Of a DNA stretch of 53,221 nt, positions 48,053 through 53,221 are shown in pieces. Below the pieces are notes generated by a model that saw only the letters and a list, made by a program, of their open reading frames with translations, ran no database searches and was not told the DNA's origin. This stretch comes from Thermoplasmata archaeon (GTDB lineage: Archaea > Thermoplasmatota > Thermoplasmata > GCA-020350865). The stretch lies in NCBI GenBank assembly GCA_020348445.1, contig CP070751.1, positions 2,653,355 through 2,706,575 of the forward strand. Direction: 5' to 3'. The position numbers and the translations under genes are program-made. The first letter of the stretch is position 1. Every line of letters begins with the position of its first letter.

Positions 48053-49696
48053 ATGATGAGTAGAAAGGTAGTTAATATATTCATATCTATAATTATTCTA
48101 ACGGCTATACTCATTTGGGGTGATATTGTTTCAATAACAATCCCGAAAGTAAATGCTGATGATCCTCCCCCTGATGATGCTATTAACGGCATCCAATTCA
48201 TCTTTGGGGATTGGAATGTAAGCGACACCCAAACCTATACTGATGAAATAATAGTATTAACTGGCAATTTGAACATCTCAAGCGGGGGTAATTTAACTTT
48301 AAATAATGTCACGCTGATGATGAATAATACCAATATCGACGCTGAATATAATATAGAGGTGTTTAGAGGGGGGACATTGAATATTTTAGCAGATAGTGTA
48401 ATCACGGATTCTCCTTACGATATCGATGATGAATCGTCTTCAGATTACGAATTCATGTTTTGGGTGAGAGAGGGTTCGAATTTCACTATGAAGGATAGCG
48501 AGTTATATGAATGTGGCTATTATTGGTACAATGGCGGATTGATCATCTATACCGACGGAATAATACTTGATAATAACTTTATCTCCCATTGTTATATTGG
48601 TATCTCGCTAAGATTGTCATCTCACTCCAAAATAACCAATAATCACATTCAATATAGTTCATATGCGGGAATACATCTTGACGGTTCCCGAAATAACATT
48701 ATTTTCAACAATGAAATAAGTAATGGATCTACAGGGATAGTACTTAATTTGGGATCAAGCGAAAATAATGTAAGCAATAATGTAATTAATAAATACAGTT
48801 TTTCAGGCATTTCTTTAAGTCAGGGATCGGAATCAAATACAATATTTGAAAATACTATCCACGATGGAGAATATGGAATTTCGATTGGAGGGGCGTGGGG
48901 TCATGATTTTATTACTATAAATAACAACATAATTTATAATAACTCCAAAGCAGGGCTTTTTCTAATTGATTTAAATATCGGACCCGGTAAATCTAGCAAT
49001 CACGAAGGGAACATACTTTATAATAATACTTGTGGAATTTACCTATCTGGATCTTGTAAAAACAATTTTAATAGAACAATTATCCATAACTCAGACACTG
49101 GGATTGAGATATCTGGAGGCCGCGAAAACCGTCTTATCAATTCTTCCATTTCAAATTCAAGAAAATATGACATTTATTTTAGCACTCTTGTTTCTGATAG
49201 TGGTGAACTGACTCTTTTAAACACAACTTATCACAAATCTAAAGTCTTCTTTGAAGGAAACCACTCCTACCTAACTATCCAATGGTACCTTCATGTCTAT
49301 GCGAGGGATTTAAATAGAACACCAATTCCCAATGCAAATGTTACTATTCGAAATTCCAAAGGTGAGTTGGTAAAAAGCGGATTTACCGACGATAATGGGT
49401 TCTTGAGATGGACAGTGGTTACAGAATGTATTCAAAACCAAACCACAAATCTGACCTTTAATCCCCACAACATATCTGTGATTAAAGGTGACCTCATCTT
49501 ATATGCAGATCCTGAGCCTGTGATAAATCAAACAATGCAAGTTAATATTCCACCTGATATTTTAAAAAGTGAAGAGATAGAAAACAATTTTCCTTGGATA
49601 TGGGCTTTATTGACAATTGTCCTGATGTTTGTTATTATAATGATAATAGTGATATATCGAAAGAGGAAAAATATTGATGAGGATAATGATTCTTAA
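48053..49696 (+). CDS. Membrane-anchored beta-helix (NosD/CASH-like) protein
   Basis: Signal peptide, beta-helix repeats, a TDDNG Ig-like segment, then a C-terminal TM with a basic tail. Confidence 0.8.
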   Translation: MMSRKVVNIFISIIILTAILIWGDIVSITIPKVNADDPPPDDAINGIQFIFGDWNVSDTQTYTDEIIVLTGNLNISSGGNLTLNNVTLMMNNTNIDAEYNIEVFRGGTLNILADSVITDSPYDIDDESSSDYEFMFWVREGSNFTMKDSELYECGYYWYNGGLIIYTDGIILDNNFISHCYIGISLRLSSHSKITNNHIQYSSYAGIHLDGSRNNIIFNNEISNGSTGIVLNLGSSENNVSNNVINKYSFSGISLSQGSESNTIFENTIHDGEYGISIGGAWGHDFITINNNIIYNNSKAGLFLIDLNIGPGKSSNHEGNILYNNTCGIYLSGSCKNNFNRTIIHNSDTGIEISGGRENRLINSSISNSRKYDIYFSTLVSDSGELTLLNTTYHKSKVFFEGNHSYLTIQWYLHVYARDLNRTPIPNANVTIRNSKGELVKSGFTDDNGFLRWTVVTECIQNQTTNLTFNPHNISVIKGDLILYADPEPVINQTMQVNIPPDILKSEEIENNFPWIWALLTIVLMFVIIMIIVIYRKRKNIDEDNDS

Positions 49697-49784
49697 ATCT
49701 TATATTCTGTCCAATCTGTCTTTTTCCATCGAAAACTTAAAAAGCTATTAAATCCTTTAAAATTTTAATAGCGGGGAGAATCTA

Positions 49785-51572
49785 ATGAAAAAAATTCACG
49801 CGACATTGATAGCCGTTATTTCTCTAATCAGTATGTTTGGATTCTACAACTTTGAATCAGAAATTGTTGGTGGTGGATTTAGCATTTCCGGCGGACACAT
49901 CACAGAGAACACAACATGGTATCATTCTCAAAGTCCTTACTATATAGAGGGTGATGTATATGTTGATGAAAACATCACCCTAACGATAGAACCCGGTGTG
50001 GATGTGAGGTTTAACGGAGGTAATGGGTTATATATTGATGGATTTCTTAATGCTGTAGGAACGTCGAATAGAATTATTAATTTCTCATCCAATAAGACTT
50101 CTCCTACCACATCGGATTGGGAAGGAATTCAAATAAATTCAACTGGCCATGCTGAAATATCCTATTGCAATATTACCTATGCAAATTATAGTATTTGTTT
50201 ATCGCACACCTCCAATAATAATATAACAAACAACAATATATCCTCGGGCAGTATATACGGTATTTACCTAGACCACTCGCAAAATAACCACATTAAGGCA
50301 AATAATATATTCTCAATCTGGTTTTCATGTATACGTCTATCATCATCTTCGAATAACGACATTATTGACAATGATATATTCCAGAGCGAGCTTTGGGACG
50401 GCATTAACCTTCTATCTTCTTCGAATAATAATAGTATAGTGGATAATAGAATATTCTCCCATACCAAATATGGTATTTACCTCGATTCATCATCAAACAA
50501 TTCCATAATTAAAAACCATGTATATTCTAATGGTGAGGAAAATATCTATATTGTTTTATCATCAGATAATAACCTCATTATGGAGAACAATGTATCCGAC
50601 AGTAATATAGGCATTGAATTATCGTCGTCCGAAAATAATACAGTTATATGTAACAAGGTATTCTCCCATAGTACGGTTGGTATATTTCTTCTTTCTTCAT
50701 CAAATAACGATATCATGAAGAATAATATATTAGAGAATAACCTAGGGATTCATATGTTTTCCAATTCGCATTACAATCAAATATGTCACAATAATATTAT
50801 GGATAACACAAACCAGGCATTAGACGATCAAAACGACAATATTTGGAACCACAGTTATCCAAAAGGAGGAAATTACTGGTCGGATTTCGATGAATCAGGA
50901 GAGGGAGCATATGATGAGTACATAGGAGAGGATCAAGATATGCTTGGCAGTGACGGCATCGTTGATAACGGGACCATTGGAGGCGGTGGTAAGAATCCTT
51001 ATATAATTGATTCAGATTCTCAGGATAACTATCCGTTAATACACCCATACTTGGAAAATTCCACATATCTTCAGCAAGGTTGGAACCTTATCTCCATACC
51101 ATTTTTGCAATCGAATACATCTTTGGAAGCGGTCCTTCAATCTATTGGTGGAGAGTACAATACCCTCCAGTACTATAACGCGTCAGATAGAAATAAATCA
51201 TGGAAACATCATCATATTTCAAAACCATATCATTTAAATGATTTTACTGAGATAAATCACAAAATCGGATTTTGGATTCATATCATAACCTCGGGGGGAA
51301 TCCTTTTCAATTATAGTGGAAAAAGGCCATTTCAAAACCAAACCATCCCTCTCCATCCAGGCTGGAACATGGTGGGGTACCCCTCATTAAATAGATATAA
51401 CAGGACAGATGGATTGAACAACCTCACCTTTGGTGACCATGTTGATGTGATATGGTCTTATAATGCTGCGATCCAAAAATGGGAGAAGATGGGTGAGTCC
51501 GATAACTTCATTATGGGTAGAGGCTACTACATCCACGCAAAATCCGAGTGCACCTGGGAAGTGCCGCTGTAA
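49785..51572 (+). CDS. Secreted beta-helix (NosD/CASH-like) protein
   Basis: Same N-terminal SPY..GDV....TLTIEPGV cap and C-terminal GWNL module as 39063-42905, with fewer coils. Confidence 0.85.
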   Translation: MKKIHATLIAVISLISMFGFYNFESEIVGGGFSISGGHITENTTWYHSQSPYYIEGDVYVDENITLTIEPGVDVRFNGGNGLYIDGFLNAVGTSNRIINFSSNKTSPTTSDWEGIQINSTGHAEISYCNITYANYSICLSHTSNNNITNNNISSGSIYGIYLDHSQNNHIKANNIFSIWFSCIRLSSSSNNDIIDNDIFQSELWDGINLLSSSNNNSIVDNRIFSHTKYGIYLDSSSNNSIIKNHVYSNGEENIYIVLSSDNNLIMENNVSDSNIGIELSSSENNTVICNKVFSHSTVGIFLLSSSNNDIMKNNILENNLGIHMFSNSHYNQICHNNIMDNTNQALDDQNDNIWNHSYPKGGNYWSDFDESGEGAYDEYIGEDQDMLGSDGIVDNGTIGGGGKNPYIIDSDSQDNYPLIHPYLENSTYLQQGWNLISIPFLQSNTSLEAVLQSIGGEYNTLQYYNASDRNKSWKHHHISKPYHLNDFTEINHKIGFWIHIITSGGILFNYSGKRPFQNQTIPLHPGWNMVGYPSLNRYNRTDGLNNLTFGDHVDVIWSYNAAIQKWEKMGESDNFIMGRGYYIHAKSECTWEVPL

Positions 51573-51683
51573 GTTCTACTCACCTTCAATGGATAGAATA
51601 TATAACGTATGTAATTTGAAGATATAAGATCGTATTTTTGATAGACAATCCTTATATATGAATAAATTTAATGGGTTATTTCG

Positions 51684-53221
51684 ATGGATAGAAGGGGCAA
51701 GGCGATTGCTGTCTTTATTTTGATACTACTGAGTTCAATCGTGGCAATCAGTTATGTTACACCGAATGCTAAGGCTCCTCCAACTAATCCGACAAATGAA
51801 GAAGGCGATTCCTCAAGAGACCAAGAATCCAACACCCCCCCAATAATAGTCACCCAAGACGTCATAATAGCCGATGTAGGTGTTCTATACGAGGTAGATT
51901 ACGATGCAAGGGATCCTGATAGGGGCACCCCAGTAATATCTTCCAATCCCGACCTTCCCACTCCAAGGGCTTGGATGGGATGCACCTGGAACGGGAATGC
52001 ACCCTATCTTCTTGGAGGTATGGAAGTAGGTGTTATATACAGTGACATCCTGGAATGGGAAAACTGGATTGGCTCAACAGATGTTGGAGGTGGCAAGCCC
52101 CCGGGTCGGTATGGCGCCTCGGCGATATGGAATGGCGCCTATCTCTATGGTATCGGCGGGACAGATGATGGAGGGGCTCCGACCGGCTTCAATATCAAAT
52201 TCGACCCCGAAACAGGGACAACGACGGAATTCCCTACAGTACCCGGGATGACATCCCAACACAGCGCTATCTTCACAGGTCAATACGGGTACATCTTTGG
52301 AGGACACTTTGACATCCTTCCCCAAGACCGGATCTGGCGCTTCGATCCCAGTGATGAATCCTTAACAGAACTGGAAGTTACCCTTCCCGCACCAAGTTCC
52401 GAGACCTCAGCTGTTTTCGACGGGCGATACGCCTATATCTTTGGGGGATATTTAACTGATGAAATAGTGAGATTCGACACTGTAAGTGAATCCGTGAGCG
52501 TACTAAGTTCTAAGCTTCCAACTATACGTGTTGGGACCTCTGCGACCTGGGATGGGGATTATGCCTACATCTTTGGGGGTCATAACAATACCACCTCCTA
52601 TGATGAGATTGTTCGGTTCGAACCGATTTCAGGGGATGTCACGGTTCTTTCGGTGACCCTTCCTTCTGGTCGCTGGGGCACTGCTGCTGCAAGTGACGGG
52701 TGGTCCAAGCACTATATCTACGGCGGGACCTCTGAAACAGCTGACCTTTCCGATAATGTCACAATAACGTTTCCACGCAACACCCTAAACTGGTCTTTGT
52801 CTACAGATGCACAGTTTTTGATAATCGACAATCAGACCGGCATTCTTTCAGGAACGCCTTATCTTGATGACATTGGGATTTTCTGGGTTAACGTCACTGT
52901 GGAAGATGGCAATGGCGGTATGGACTTTCATAACTTCACCCTCTATGTAGGATCCGTGAATGTATTGAAAAAGGGCTGGAATCTAATCTCAATCCCCCTA
53001 ATCCAGGAAGAGCAAAACCTCAAAAAAGTGCTCGAGATGATCGATGGTTATTATGATATAGTCCAATGGTACGATATTACTGATACTAATGATCCTTGGA
53101 AGCATCACAAAGTAGGCAAACCCTATGGAAACGATTTATCCGATATAAACGAAAAAATGGGCTTCTGGATTTACATCACAAATCCTGGGGACACGATATT
53201 CCTCTACAATGGCACCAAACC
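51684..53221 (+). CDS. Secreted Kelch-repeat protein, 3' partial (absent from the ORF track)
   Basis: My translation from ATG 51684 (MDRRGKAIAVFILILLSS...) stays open to the window end. It contains Kelch blades (YLLGG, YGIGG, YIFGG x3, YIYGG), an Ig-like domain and the GWNLISIP module. Confidence 0.85.
   Translation, partial: MDRRGKAIAVFILILLSSIVAISYVTPNAKAPPTNPTNEEGDSSRDQESNTPPIIVTQDVIIADVGVLYEVDYDARDPDRGTPVISSNPDLPTPRAWMGCTWNGNAPYLLGGMEVGVIYSDILEWENWIGSTDVGGGKPPGRYGASAIWNGAYLYGIGGTDDGGAPTGFNIKFDPETGTTTEFPTVPGMTSQHSAIFTGQYGYIFGGHFDILPQDRIWRFDPSDESLTELEVTLPAPSSETSAVFDGRYAYIFGGYLTDEIVRFDTVSESVSVLSSKLPTIRVGTSATWDGDYAYIFGGHNNTTSYDEIVRFEPISGDVTVLSVTLPSGRWGTAAASDGWSKHYIYGGTSETADLSDNVTITFPRNTLNWSLSTDAQFLIIDNQTGILSGTPYLDDIGIFWVNVTVEDGNGGMDFHNFTLYVGSVNVLKKGWNLISIPLIQEEQNLKKVLEMIDGYYDIVQWYDITDTNDPWKHHKVGKPYGNDLSDINEKMGFWIYITNPGDTIFLYNGTK

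Noticed and set aside
39063-53221. Diversity-generating retroelement acting on the repeated C-terminal modules
   Set aside because: No reverse transcriptase is in the window, and differences between copies are not adenine-specific.

Overview
Archaeal chromosomal segment, most likely from a Thermoplasmata-type euryarchaeon. This is inferred from GGAGGTG/GGTGA Shine-Dalgarno sites, TATA/BRE promoters, a PEF-CTERM archaeosortase tail and an archaeal pilus-type ATPase cluster; no marker gene is present to confirm it. No rRNA, tRNA, CRISPR, transposase or integrase was recognised. (1) 0.8-17.4 kb holds a minus-strand cluster: RHH-like protein, Rab-like small GTPase, V4R (Bet3/TRAPP-fold clan) protein, a 3915-aa surface protein with a cytoplasmic longin-like domain, and a 4-TM poly-Pro protein with the same domain. 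A roadblock/LC7 gene lies just downstream and a 6 x 49-bp double-palindrome array upstream. This is the best candidate for an undescribed system: membrane receptors coupled to a small-GTPase switch built from TRAPP-like parts. (2) 18-23.8 kb holds a HAD phosphatase, a rhomboid protease, a ModE-HTH/Nudix fusion, two PQQQY-tail membrane proteins and an ABC-2 transporter. (3) 24-31.7 kb is a 7.7-kb block of three beta-propeller paralogs bounded by a 58-bp duplication of the 3' end of a HerA-like ATPase gene. (4) 31.7-37.7 kb holds a HerA-like ATPase, a TadC-like platform protein and a VirB11/PilB-like ATPase. (5) 37.8-53.2 kb holds secreted beta-helix, S8 protease, Asp-box and Kelch proteins that share two interchangeable C-terminal modules. 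Also seen are a duplicated K-turn RNA candidate and three possible ATA/ATC start codons. All domain calls are by eye from motifs, without database searches.
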